From Spirochaetales bacterium (GTDB lineage Bacteria; Spirochaetota; Spirochaetia; JABEVK01): a stretch of DNA of 37,211 nt. Positions 25,171 to 37,211 of this stretch are shown one piece after another (positions within the stretch are counted from its first letter, which is position 1; each line of letters opens with the position of its first letter). The stretch is from positions 1 to 37,211 of the forward strand of contig JBAXAI010000037.1 of the NCBI GenBank assembly GCA_037142615.1. The letters are read 5' to 3'. A program made the position numbers and the translations under genes. The notes beneath the pieces were generated by a model. That model was not told the origin of the DNA. It saw only the letters and a list, made by a program, of their open reading frames with translations, and made no database searches.

Positions 25171-25236
25171 GGCGCTCCAGTGTAGTCGCAGACCGACCTC
25201 CTTGTCCAAGCAACCAGCGATGGCTAGAATCTTGCC

Positions 25237-26790
25237 ATGACCCTCGCCGCTTTGCTCGCCCGTGTTCCTGCTGTTGACGTTTATGCTACGGGCGAGTCCT
25301 GGAAGGCCCTCGAGATCGACAAATTGGTGTACGACAGCCGCGAAGCTGGGCCTTCAACGCTGTTTTTCGCCCTTTCGGGAACGCACACCGACGGCCATCG
25401 CTACCTGGCCGAAGTCGCGGCCTGCGGTTGCCGGGCTTTTGTGGTCAGCCAACCGCCCGACACCCTTCCGGCCGCATGCCGCGAGCCCGGATCCGTGTTG
25501 CTCAGGGTCGAAAGTGCCCGGCTGGCGCTCAGCCCTTTCGCGGCCGCTTTTTACGGTCAGCCTTCGCACGAGATTCCTGTGATCGGCGTCACCGGCACCG
25601 ACGGCAAGAGCACCACCGTGAGCTTCATCCACCAGTTGCTCGAACTGGCCGGCCATCCGTCGGGTTTCTTTTCGACCGTGGAATGGAAGACGGGAGCCCA
25701 CATCGAGGCCAACAAGTTCCGCCAGTCGACACCCGAAGCCCCGCTCATCCACGAAAGCCTTCGGCGCATGGTCGACAACGGTCTGCACTACGCGGTGCTC
25801 GAGAGCACATCGCACGGGCTGTCGCCGCTCACCAACCGGCTCGGAGACGTGCGCTACGCCGCCGCCGTGTTCACCAACGTCACGCTCGAGCACCTCGAGT
25901 TCCACGGCACGGTGGAGCAGTACCGGCGCGACAAGGCCCGCTTGTTCGCGGCACTCGCGGCTGGGCCCAAAAAAGCCTTCGGCGTGATCAACGGCGATGA
26001 CCCGCACGCCGGCCTGTTCGCCGAGGCCGCCGGAGACCGCGCCGTGTTCCGCTATTCCATCAGCGACCCCAAGGCGCACCTTTTTGCCCGCAGCCTGCAC
26101 GAAACCGCCGAGGCCCTGGACCTCGAACTGGTCTGGAAGGGCGAGGCCGCAACCTGCCACCTGGGAATCCCCGGTCGGGTGAACGCGGAAAACCTCATGG
26201 CGGCCCTGCTGACCGTTGCGGGTCTGCTTTCGCTGCGGGGTCCGCGAGAAAACCCGCTGGTCACTCCGCTCGATCTTTTGCCGTTGGTGCCCAGCCTCCG
26301 CCCGCTCAAGGGGCGCATGACGCCGGTGCGCGCCGGCCAGAGCTTTTCGGTGGTGGTTGACTACGCGCACACCCCCGGAGCCTTCGAAAAACTGCTGCCC
26401 GCGGTGAAGGCCGTGACGCCGGGGCGCCTGATCGTGGTGTTCGGTTCCGGCGGAGAGCGTGACCGCGAAAAGCGGCCGTTGCAGGGGGCCCTCGCCGACC
26501 GCTGGGCTGATCTGATCGTGCTCACCGACGAGGACCCGCGGCTGGAAGATCCGCAAGCGATCCTCAGTGACCTCGAGGCAGGGATCACGGGCAAAACTCT
26601 GGGTGCCAGCTATTGGAAGATCATCCCACGACGTGAGGCCCTGCGCCACGCGTTTTCGTTGGCAGTGGCAGGCGACACGGTGCTGCTGCTGGGCAAGGGC
26701 CACGAACAGTCGCTGGTCACGGCCACCGGCAGTCATCCGTGGGACGAAGAGTCGGTGGCCCGCGAGCTGTTGACCGGGGACTCGCGGTGA
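25237..26790 (+). CDS. murE: UDP-MurNAc-tripeptide synthetase
   Basis: DSR, DGHRY, GVTGTDGKST, STPE, ESTSHGL, FTNVTLEHLEFHG, VDYAHTP, FGSGGERD, TDEDPR, GKGHE. Promoter TTGTCC-17-TAGAAT at 25202-25230. Confidence 0.95.
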   Translation: MTLAALLARVPAVDVYATGESWKALEIDKLVYDSREAGPSTLFFALSGTHTDGHRYLAEVAACGCRAFVVSQPPDTLPAACREPGSVLLRVESARLALSPFAAAFYGQPSHEIPVIGVTGTDGKSTTVSFIHQLLELAGHPSGFFSTVEWKTGAHIEANKFRQSTPEAPLIHESLRRMVDNGLHYAVLESTSHGLSPLTNRLGDVRYAAAVFTNVTLEHLEFHGTVEQYRRDKARLFAALAAGPKKAFGVINGDDPHAGLFAEAAGDRAVFRYSISDPKAHLFARSLHETAEALDLELVWKGEAATCHLGIPGRVNAENLMAALLTVAGLLSLRGPRENPLVTPLDLLPLVPSLRPLKGRMTPVRAGQSFSVVVDYAHTPGAFEKLLPAVKAVTPGRLIVVFGSGGERDREKRPLQGALADRWADLIVLTDEDPRLEDPQAILSDLEAGITGKTLGASYWKIIPRREALRHAFSLAVAGDTVLLLGKGHEQSLVTATGSHPWDEESVARELLTGDSR

Positions 26791-28219
26791 GGTGGGCTGG
26801 GCTGCTCGCCGCGCTCGTGCTGTCGGTGACCGCTGGTGCGCAGGAGACCCTGTTGCCGGGCTTTCCGGGGGTTGCCCCGCAACGAGAGCGGGTTTTCAAC
26901 CTGGACGAACACGCCCTGTGGACGCTCAAGAAAGGCGACCAGGCGGCGGTACTGACCGTGGTACCCACCGAAGACCGCATCGCTGTCGGCCTGAGCGGCG
27001 GGTGGTTGCTGCTCGGTCCCGACCTGGAATACCAACCGTCGAGCTTTGACCTGCTGGCGGCCCCCAATCTTCCCGGAAGTCCCTGGGCGCAGGCCGTGGG
27101 CTCCAAACTCGTGTTTGTCAGCGGCAGCCCCGGCGACCTCGTGGTGGTGTATCCCGACACGGCCGTGGTGTTCCGGCAACCCTTGGACCTCGCCAACCTC
27201 AGCCAGCTGGTGGTCACCGACAAAGGCCTGATGTTCGCGCAGGGGCGCCGGGTTTCGGGCAAGGGGAACTGGAACAAGGCCCTGCGCGAAGAGCAGCCGC
27301 TGCCCTTTTTTCCGGCCGACCTGACCGCCGGCGCCGATGGAACCCCTTGGGCCGCCGACAGCCTGCAGGCCCGCCCCTGGCACATGGAAGAAGGCTACTG
27401 GCGACCGCTGGAGGTTCCCGATACCGGTGGCACGGTGGCCTCGGGACGCCTCGCCAGCCTGACACCCTTCGCCGACTCCACCGGCTACGTGGCTGCTGGC
27501 TCGGGGTGGGCCGGGGCTTTTCGCAACGACGGTTCGATGCTCTGGCTGCGCGACAGGGACTTTTCGGGTCGTCCCCTGCCCCGCGACCTGCGGGTGCGCG
27601 GTGGCAATGGCAAGATCCTTCTTTGGTCGGCGCTGGAGCGAAGAATCTGGCTGTGGAGCTGGAAGGTCGGAGGCGTCTCCGGAAAGGTGTTGCCACCGCA
27701 AACCGACAAACTCGCCAGCGATGTGACGGCCGAAATGAACCGGCTCGAAGCCCTCGGCAGTCTGCCCGAAGCGCTCAGTGTCGCGCAGTACGGCCTCGAT
27801 CTGGCGGCCAGCCAGCTTAAGCTCACACCGTTTTCGGAAGTGTGGAAACAAGCGAGGGAGGAGTTTGGCCAGCGCCGCCAAACGCTCAAGGAACAACTGG
27901 TGGGCGCCGGGGTCTTCACCTTGACCTGGGAGTCGCCCTTCGGCAAGCCGCTGGCAACGTGGAGTTGGGATCCCGATGCGGCATGGCTCGACGTCAAGGC
28001 GTGGCGCGCCGAGGTAATTCCGTACCGCGAAGGCCGAGCCTGGGATACCGAAGACTTCAAGATCGCGGTGACGGCCTCTCGAACCCCGTTTCCGGGGGCT
28101 TTTTCGTGGAGCGGCAGCGCCTTGCAGTGGCCCTCCTGGCTCAGCGTCAAGCTACGCCCCGACGCAACCACCGACGCCGTGCATTGGCTGCGGCTGCCCT
28201 ACCCCGAGCCGCCGCCGCG

Positions 28220-28241
<22 letters not shown>
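26787..28241 (+). CDS. Hypothetical secreted protein, beta-rich (possibly propeller-like)
   Basis: GTG overlaps the murE stop; signal peptide MRWAGLLAALVLSVTAGA-Q; coding-like codon usage. Confidence 0.7.
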
Positions 28242-30609
<2,368 letters not shown>

Positions 30610-30613
<4 letters not shown>

Positions 30614-33024
30614 GGAACTCCGAGCTCCCCGGCCCACACCAGCGGCGCGGGCACGCCCGAGGTGAGGCCCAAGGCCGTCCAGCGGGCTAGTCGATCGAGC
30701 ACCGGGCCGGCAACCGCCTTCAGTTGCTTTGCGGCGCCAAACGTCGGGAGAATCTGGTCGAGCCCCGAGGTAGAGTCGGTCTGCCCCGGCAACAGGGTTT
30801 CGTAGTTGACCCGCCCACCCAACTGGGCCTCGAGCCAAGCCTTGGCTTCTTCCAGCCCTCCGAGCTCATCAACCAAACCCTTGCCCAGCGCTTCGCGGCC
30901 CGTCCAGACCTGCCCTTCGCCCACGAGCTTCACCTGCTCGGGGGTCAGCTTTCGGCCCTTGGCCACCACGTTCACAAACCGGTCGTAGATCGACGCGATT
31001 TCGTCGTTGAGGGCCTTCAGGTCGGCGGCGCGCAGTTCGCGGTAGGGGTCAGCGAAACCAGCGCTGGGCGACAGGGCCGCCGAATCGGGGTGCACACCCA
31101 ACTTGTCGAGGGCCCCGGCCACCGAAGGAATCACCGCCGTGACGCCGATGGAACCGGTGAGGGTGCCGGGCCGGGCCACGATGCGCGAGGCAAAGGCCGA
31201 CACGTAGTAGCCCCCGCTCGCGCCATAATTGCCCATCACGGCGACGACAGGCTTGCCCGCAGCCACCGTCAGGCGCACTTCTTCGGCGATCACGTCGCTG
31301 GTAATGACCACGCCACCGGGCGAATCGACCTTGAGCAAAACGGCGGCGACCCGCGAGTCGTCGCGCAAACGGGCCAGCACCTCGGCGGTGTCGGTACCGA
31401 TGCTCGAGCCGCTGACCCCGGCGCCGAGAACGATGTCACCTTGCAGGGTCACAACGGCCACGGTCTTTTCCAGGGGCGACGGTCCCCACGGCAGTTCGGC
31501 GCCCCACGGAAGGTCGTCGACGAGCACCGAGCCCGGGTGGTCTTTCTTGACCGCGACTTCAAAGGACGCGCGGTAGTCCAGAGCATCGACCAGCCCTGCG
31601 GCCAGCGCCTGGGCGGGTATCAGGTACGGGCCGGCATTGACCAGCTCGACCGCGCTGCCCTGGAGCTTGGCCCCCCGGGCGGCGGTCAGCGCCAGCGAGA
31701 ACTGGTCCTGCAATTCGCCCAACATGCGCAGGTTCATCGCGCGTTCGCCCGGCGGCATCGAGGCGAAGCTCAGGTCGTTGCTGTAGCTCTTGGTGTCCCA
31801 CGGAGCCAGGTTGTAAAAGCGGATGCCAAGCTTGTCGAACAGGTCCTTGTAGTACAGGCGTTCGGTTTCGAGCGGGCGGATGGCCACGCCGCCGTTGGGG
31901 TTGAGCACGAGTTTGTCGGCCTGCGACCAGAGCGCCTGGTAGGCCCCGTTGGCCGTCAGGGCATCGGCGTACACGTAGAGTTTCTTCCCGGCCCTGTGGA
32001 GAGCGTCGAGGGCCTTGGTCACTTCCTGGTAATCGGCCAGCCCGCCGAGCGTAGGAGGATTCTCAAACGCGACGGCCACGTAGCCCGGGTCCTTCACAAC
32101 ACGGTCGAGCACTTCGAGCAGGTCGCCCACGGTGGGACTACCGCCCACGCCGAGCAGCGAAGCCCACAACCCCGGTTGTACCGCCGCGCCGGCCAGCGCC
32201 GGCACATCGCGCAGGCGAAGGATCTTGGGCGTCCAGGGAGACTGCACCGTGGCTGCTGAGTTTCCCCAGGTGGTCAGGGCTGTCCCGGCGCGGAAGTCCA
32301 GCGGTTGCAACACGTTAGGCGAAGCCAGCCGGGTTTGGGTCGGACCCAGGTCGAGCGACAGTTCGGCCCCGAAGCGCTGGGTCGGAGCCTCGTACCAGCC
32401 TCGCAGCCCCACGCCGCCGGGGAGTTCGGCGCGAAGGCCGCTGCTCTCCCAGGTCAGGTTTCCGGCCAGGTCAAGGTGCGCGTCGGCAGTCAGCGTGACC
32501 AGCGAGCCAAACCCGTCGAAGGGCGCTTTCACCGGCCAAAGCGCCAGGGGCCGCAAGGCGACTCCCAGCCCCAGCACCGGCGTCACGCCCAAGGCATTCT
32601 CGGCGGTGGCGCCCAGCGACAGCACGTCCCACGGCCGCCACAGCGCGCCGAAGTCGGTTTGCGAAGTAGCCTCGGTCGCGGTGCTGAGCTGACGGCTCAG
32701 GTACCCCAGGCTGAAGGCCGAGCCCACGTTGAGGCTGGTGCCCACCTCGACCCGGGTTTGATCCAGATGTTTGGCCAGCCGGAAACTCGCCAGCGGGCTG
32801 AAGAGCACGATATCGGTGTTGCCCTGCGGGTCGAGCGCCTCCGGCGACCAGGAGACGCCGACGGCCATGCCGCCCAGAGCACCCCACAACGCCGGGTTGT
32901 CGCCCAGGTGCCACAGGTTGCCGTCGTCGGCCCGGAAGCGCACATCGCCAGCCGTGTCCGAGGCCTGCAGAGCCGGGGCAAACGCAGCCAGCGCCACCAG
33001 GGCCCACAGCGCCCGACGGTTCAA
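30610..33024 (-). CDS. sppA: Signal peptide peptidase SppA (S49) with long N-terminal beta-rich extension
   Basis: Signal peptide and two S49 halves; KVDSPGG, GASGGYYV, TGSIGV, GQVWTGREA..GLVDELGG. Confidence 0.88.
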
Positions 33025-34070
33025 GGAGCGCCTTCCAGCGCCTGTTCGATGAGGTTGTCGAGCAGGGCCGGGTAGGTAATTCCGGCCGAAAGCACCATGC
33101 GGGGGAACATCGAGATGGTGGTGAAGCCCGGCAAGGTGTTGATTTCATTGAGGGCCACCTCGCCGGTTTCGCGGTCGACAAAAAAGTCCACCCGCGCAAA
33201 ACCACGGCAATCGAGTACTTGGTAGGCCGCCTGCGCGAGGTCGAGTATGCGGGCCGCGACGGCTGGATCGAGCTGCGCAGGAATCTCAAGGCCGGCCCCG
33301 TCAGGGTCGAGGTATTTGGCGTCGTAGTCGTAAAACTCATGGTGAGGCACCACCTCGCCGGGGCCGAATGCCCGCGTGGAGCCACTCCCGAGCACGGCCA
33401 CCTCGATCTCGCGGCCGTTGACGGCCTTTTCGACCAAAACCTTGGCATCGACCGCAAAAGCCGCCTGCAACGCGGGTAAGAACCCTTCGGCCGAGATGAC
33501 CTTGGTCACTCCCACCGACGAGCCGGAATTGGAGGGCTTGATGAACAAAGGCAGCCCCAGCGTAGCGACGGCTTCGGTGCACAGCGCGGCAGCCTGCGTG
33601 GGGGTAGAGTGCAAACTCTGGTGCGCGCTCAGCCACGCAACCACAGGCAGGCTATGGTGTTGCCACACTTGCTTGGCAAAGGCCTTGTCCATGCCCAGCG
33701 CGCTGCCGACGACGCCCGAACCGGTGTAGCGAACACCAGCACAGTCGAGTAGGCCCTGGATGCGACCGTCCTCGCCCTGAACTCCGTGCGTGATCAAAAA
33801 AACCACGTCGGCCGAAAGCGGCCTGCCCATCACGAACAACCCGACACCGGGCACCACGCTCACCTGCTCGGCCTTGTCCTCGGTCACCCGGGGCAGCGGG
33901 AGAAGCACCCCGGTTTGGCGGTACCAACCTCCGTTGCGGGCCACCCCGACCGGGATCACCTCGTAACGCTGCGGATCGAGATTCTTCAGGATCGAGGCTG
34001 CCGACAGGCACGAAACCTCGTGTTCGGCAGAAATGCCGCCGAAGAGCAACACGACACGAACTTTCTTCAT
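33021..34070 (-). CDS. ddl: D-alanine--D-alanine ligase
   Basis: FGGISAEHEVS, HGVQGEDG, MDK, FIKPSNSGSSVGV, FYDYDAKY, ARVDFF, NEINTLPGFT..SMFP. Confidence 0.96.
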   Translation of the reverse strand: MKKVRVVLLFGGISAEHEVSCLSAASILKNLDPQRYEVIPVGVARNGGWYRQTGVLLPLPRVTEDKAEQVSVVPGVGLFVMGRPLSADVVFLITHGVQGEDGRIQGLLDCAGVRYTGSGVVGSALGMDKAFAKQVWQHHSLPVVAWLSAHQSLHSTPTQAAALCTEAVATLGLPLFIKPSNSGSSVGVTKVISAEGFLPALQAAFAVDAKVLVEKAVNGREIEVAVLGSGSTRAFGPGEVVPHHEFYDYDAKYLDPDGAGLEIPAQLDPAVAARILDLAQAAYQVLDCRGFARVDFFVDRETGEVALNEINTLPGFTTISMFPRMVLSAGITYPALLDNLIEQALEGAP

Positions 34071-34142
34071 GGTTTTTTGTATCCCGGGCGGGCCTCGAGT
34101 GGCAAGCTTGCCGTAGTCGGCCCGTGCGCCTAAGATACAGCC

Positions 34143-35702
34143 ATGGCTGGTTTCTTCGACGCAATCTCTGACTTCTTTCTCGGCTTGATTTCGGGTGACC
34201 CCGAAACCGTCCGGCTCCGCAAGCAACTCAAGGGTCTGCTCCAGGCGGTTGCCGAATACAAACCGGCGGTGTACAGCAAGGCTACCGAAACCCTCCTTCC
34301 TGGTTTTGCCCAGAGCTGGCTGACGCTTTACCAACTGATGGCACCGCTGTCGGATCTGTTTTCCAAAACCATCGGCAACCCCGACCGTGTGGCCGCCGAG
34401 GCCGCGCGCCACTGGTTGCTCGAAGCCGCCCTCGAGGGCAATCTTCCCGACCGGCGCGTCGATCTCGGCTACGCGGCGCTCACGGCCCGCTTTGCCTCGG
34501 CCAGCAACGTCGACCAGGAGGCCATCGCCGTGGGTCAGGAGTTCAGCGCGCTGGTCAGCGACGTCCGCAGGCAAGATAACTCCAAGTGGCAGCAGGATTT
34601 CTCGTCGCTGTACCGCCTTCGACACCTCGCCGGCAATTCTTGGGCGGGGTTTTTTGAGCACTTTGGCTACGACCTTGCCACCCTGGGGCTCAAGTCGCCC
34701 TCGTTTCGGCCGGCGGCGGCCGACGAAGCTTTACCCGAGCTGATTGACCTGTATTATGTGGTCGGCCAGCTTGAACTCGGTGCCGGGGTCGAGGTCCTCA
34801 CAGGGTTGCTGCTCGAAAAAGCCAGCCCGAGCAAGGCCGCCGAAAACCGCCAAAAGGTCGGCAAAATCCTTGTCAGGCTGCGCGACCTGCTGCAGGGGCC
34901 CTGCTCGTCGGGTCTGTTGTTGCACCTGATCCAGCTCATCAAGAAGGATCCCGACTTTGTGCCCGACGTGTTGCCGATCAAGGAGCACTTCGTCGAAGAC
35001 TACGCCACTTCGCTGACCGAACGCTTCTCGAGTGACCGTGAAAGGGCCCTGCGCGAACGCAACGAATCGAGCCTCGAAAAGGACATCCTGGCGGTGTTTG
35101 GCGGTAGCAAGCTGCTTGAGCTCACCTATTACAGCGCCGCCACCAACGAAAAACTCAGCGCCGTCGGCTTGCCTTCGCTCACTTGGGTGAAGCCGCTCGA
35201 TACCCTTCGCAGCTTTGCGTATGCCGTCCTCAAGACCGCGTATCTGGCCTCGGTCAAAAAGGTCGTCTTGAACGGAATCTTCAGCTCCAAGGACTGGCAG
35301 GAGAAGCTGGGCAACGCCATGTACGGGTCCGAAAAAATCGCCGAGACCCTCGAGACCTTCGACACCGGGCTGAAGGAAGAAGGAAAGTCCACCCTGACCG
35401 CGCTCGAAAAGTACTTGTCCGGCCAAGTGCCGCCTTCGCCCCTGGCGCGGCAACTCGTCGAAAGAATCAACCACGAGGCCTCGGGGGTACTGGAGTCGCA
35501 GGTGCGCATCCTGAACTCGCTCTGCAAACGGGTGTCCGAGATTCTGTCGGACTACAAGTCACCCCAGCCCGAACACGTCACCAACATCAAAGGGCTCGGC
35601 GGCAAAGACCAGCGCGAGCTCATCGAAGCGCTGATCGTCGGCTACAACAAGAGCGCGCAGGTGCTCAAGGTCCTGTCGCACTTCGTGGTGCTCAAGACGT
35701 AG
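34143..35702 (+). CDS. Conserved helical protein, DUF5312-like (spirochaete type)
   Basis: MAGFFDAISDFF..DPE..KQLK N-terminus, long helical ORF, promoter TTGCCG-17-TAAGAT at 34108-34136. Family name from recall. Confidence 0.65.
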   Translation: MAGFFDAISDFFLGLISGDPETVRLRKQLKGLLQAVAEYKPAVYSKATETLLPGFAQSWLTLYQLMAPLSDLFSKTIGNPDRVAAEAARHWLLEAALEGNLPDRRVDLGYAALTARFASASNVDQEAIAVGQEFSALVSDVRRQDNSKWQQDFSSLYRLRHLAGNSWAGFFEHFGYDLATLGLKSPSFRPAAADEALPELIDLYYVVGQLELGAGVEVLTGLLLEKASPSKAAENRQKVGKILVRLRDLLQGPCSSGLLLHLIQLIKKDPDFVPDVLPIKEHFVEDYATSLTERFSSDRERALRERNESSLEKDILAVFGGSKLLELTYYSAATNEKLSAVGLPSLTWVKPLDTLRSFAYAVLKTAYLASVKKVVLNGIFSSKDWQEKLGNAMYGSEKIAETLETFDTGLKEEGKSTLTALEKYLSGQVPPSPLARQLVERINHEASGVLESQVRILNSLCKRVSEILSDYKSPQPEHVTNIKGLGGKDQRELIEALIVGYNKSAQVLKVLSHFVVLKT

Positions 35703-35712
35703 CCGCCACCGG

Positions 35713-36378
35713 CTAGAACGGCTGGTAGTTTGCGGGCACGGACCCTTCGGCCTTCCATTGTTCCAGGGGCAGGTCGAGCTCCTTGATGAGCCCGGAACGG
35801 ATGTCGAGCACCCAACCGTGCAGGCGCGGGTAGTAACTGTTGGGTTCCCGGCCCGCCGCCTGGATGAGGCGCTCGATGCCGCTGATCTTGAACAGGTTCT
35901 GCACCTGGGCCAGCACGTTGAGTTCGGTCAGCCGGTCGAGGCGGTCGCTTTCGTTGGGAATCGCGTCGAGTTCGGCGCGGTGCTCGCGCACAATGTCCTT
36001 GATGCCGCTGGTCCAGTTTTCCTTGAGCCCCACCAGGTCGTCGCGGTAGGCGCCTGTCACCCCGCCGCACTCGTAGTGGCCGCACACCACGATGTGGCGC
36101 ACCTGCAGCGTCTCGATGGCGAACTCCACCGCCGAAAGCAGGTTCATGTCGGTGCGGATCACCTGGTTGGCAATGTTACGGTGAATGAACAGCTCGCCGG
36201 GTTCCGTCTGCGTCAGCGTGTCGATGGGCACCCGGCTGTCGCTGCAGCCAATGTACAAGAACGGCGGCTTCTGGTACTCGGCCAGCGTCTCGAAGTAGCG
36301 CGTGTCGCGGCGCAGCATGTCGAGGGCCCACCGGGTATTGTTGCGGATCAGTTCGTCGTAGGTGTGGTAGTGCCGCAT
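35713..36378 (-). CDS. can: Beta-class carbonic anhydrase
   Basis: IGCSDSRVP, GELFIHRNIAN, VCGHYECGGV, ELNV, LHGWV. Confidence 0.95.
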   Translation of the reverse strand: MRHYHTYDELIRNNTRWALDMLRRDTRYFETLAEYQKPPFLYIGCSDSRVPIDTLTQTEPGELFIHRNIANQVIRTDMNLLSAVEFAIETLQVRHIVVCGHYECGGVTGAYRDDLVGLKENWTSGIKDIVREHRAELDAIPNESDRLDRLTELNVLAQVQNLFKISGIERLIQAAGREPNSYYPRLHGWVLDIRSGLIKELDLPLEQWKAEGSVPANYQPF

Positions 36379-36423
36379 GGGGCTAAGGTAAACCAGAATC
36401 CCCGGGTTGAAAAGGCGTGTCCC

Positions 36424-36605
36424 GGCCACGCCGCACTGCGGCTTAGGCCCGGAGTTTCGAACTCCGTTCGAAACTCCACCGAAGTACCCATTCCATTACG
36501 GTTCTTGGCGTGGCCACGTTCAGCTGGTGTCGCAAGGGTTCACCCGCGGACAGTTTTCGGGCACAGCCCGGAAACTGTGGGGCTAAGGAACGAAGTGACG
36601 TGCCC
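36424..36605. repeat. Two REP-like elements in opposite orientation
   Basis: 36424-36477: GGCCACG..CTTAGGCC plus hairpin. 36550-36605: hairpin plus GGGCTAAG..CGTGCCC. Confidence 0.85.
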
Positions 36606-36616
36606 GGTCTCCTACG

Positions 36617-37211
36617 GGGTTCCGCTTTCCCGCCGCACGAAGTGAGGCGGGAAGAGCCCGCTTCGCGGCCCTCCGTCCACCTCACGCAACATCGTGGAAG
36701 GCCTAGGTGGCGGGTCGCGGGCTCAGCCCGGGACCTGCAGGCGTAAGGAGGCCAACGGCCGACGTCGCCAAGCTCCTTTCGCAACTCCGGTGTGGCCCAG
36801 GTGGCAGTTTTCGGCGGTAGCCGGAAACTGCAGGCGTAAGCCAGCCGTAGGCTGGCGTCGCCAAGCTCCTCACGCAACATCGTGGAGGGCCTAGGTGGCA
36901 GGTCGCGGGCGCAGCCCGGGACCTGCAGGCGTAAGCCAGCCTTAGGCTGGCGTCGCCGGGTTCCGCTTTCCCGCCGCACGAAGTGAGGCGGGAAGAGCCC
37001 GCTTCGCGGCCCTCCGTCCACCTCACGCAACATCGTGGAAGGCCTAGGTGGCGGGTCGCGGGCTCAGCCCGGGACCTGCAGGCGTAAGGAGGCCAACGGC
37101 CGACGTCGCCAAGCTCCTTTCGCAACTCCGGTGTGGCCCAGGTGGCAGTTTTCGGCGGTAGCCGGAAACTGCAGGCGTAAGCCAGCCGTAGGCTGGCGTC
37201 GCCAAGCTCCT
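36617..37211. repeat. Higher-order tandem array (341-bp period) of ~90-bp REP-like units, running off the window end
   Basis: 36617-36870 is identical to 36958-37211. Subunits at 36681, 36776, 36869, 37022 and 37117 each end in GGCGTAAG..CGTCGCC. Confidence 0.92.

Noticed and set aside
36617-37211. CRISPR array
   Set aside because: Units are ~90 bp, the intervening sequences are themselves repeated rather than unique spacers, and no cas genes or leader are present.

Overview
GC-rich chromosomal window, most likely from a free-living spirochaete (inferred from the DUF5312-like protein, FemAB-type transferase and EDPR-type MurE). The core region (9.1-36.4 kb) carries purF, a nucleotidyltransferase-like gene, purM, purN, purD, metG, a femAB-like gene, an HD-GYP regulator, tatD, a degenerate flavodiiron-like gene, rmuC, an orphan adenine MTase, murE, a hybrid kinase, sppA, ddl and a beta-carbonic anhydrase. 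The accessory region (1-9.1 kb) has an Ig/beta-propeller surface protein, a two-component pair, an intact Rpn (PD-(D/E)XK) gene next to a shattered paralogue, and toxin-antitoxin and other gene remnants. The most striking signal is a dispersed family of about 21 structured DNA modules: a 4-bp covarying stem, an invariant AC/TTA internal loop, a variable hairpin and usually a second hairpin. They occur singly, as head-to-head doublets, nested, and as a higher-order tandem array at the window end. Three copies sit inside the Rpn paralogue and others lie at gene-remnant boundaries, and no cognate transposase is present in the window. Other notable points are a conserved internal start for a small C-terminal Rpn protein, a vapBC module bracketed by a duplicated metG 5' segment, a 165-bp direct repeat around a cassette of remnants, and a pervasive leaderless-mRNA promoter signature.
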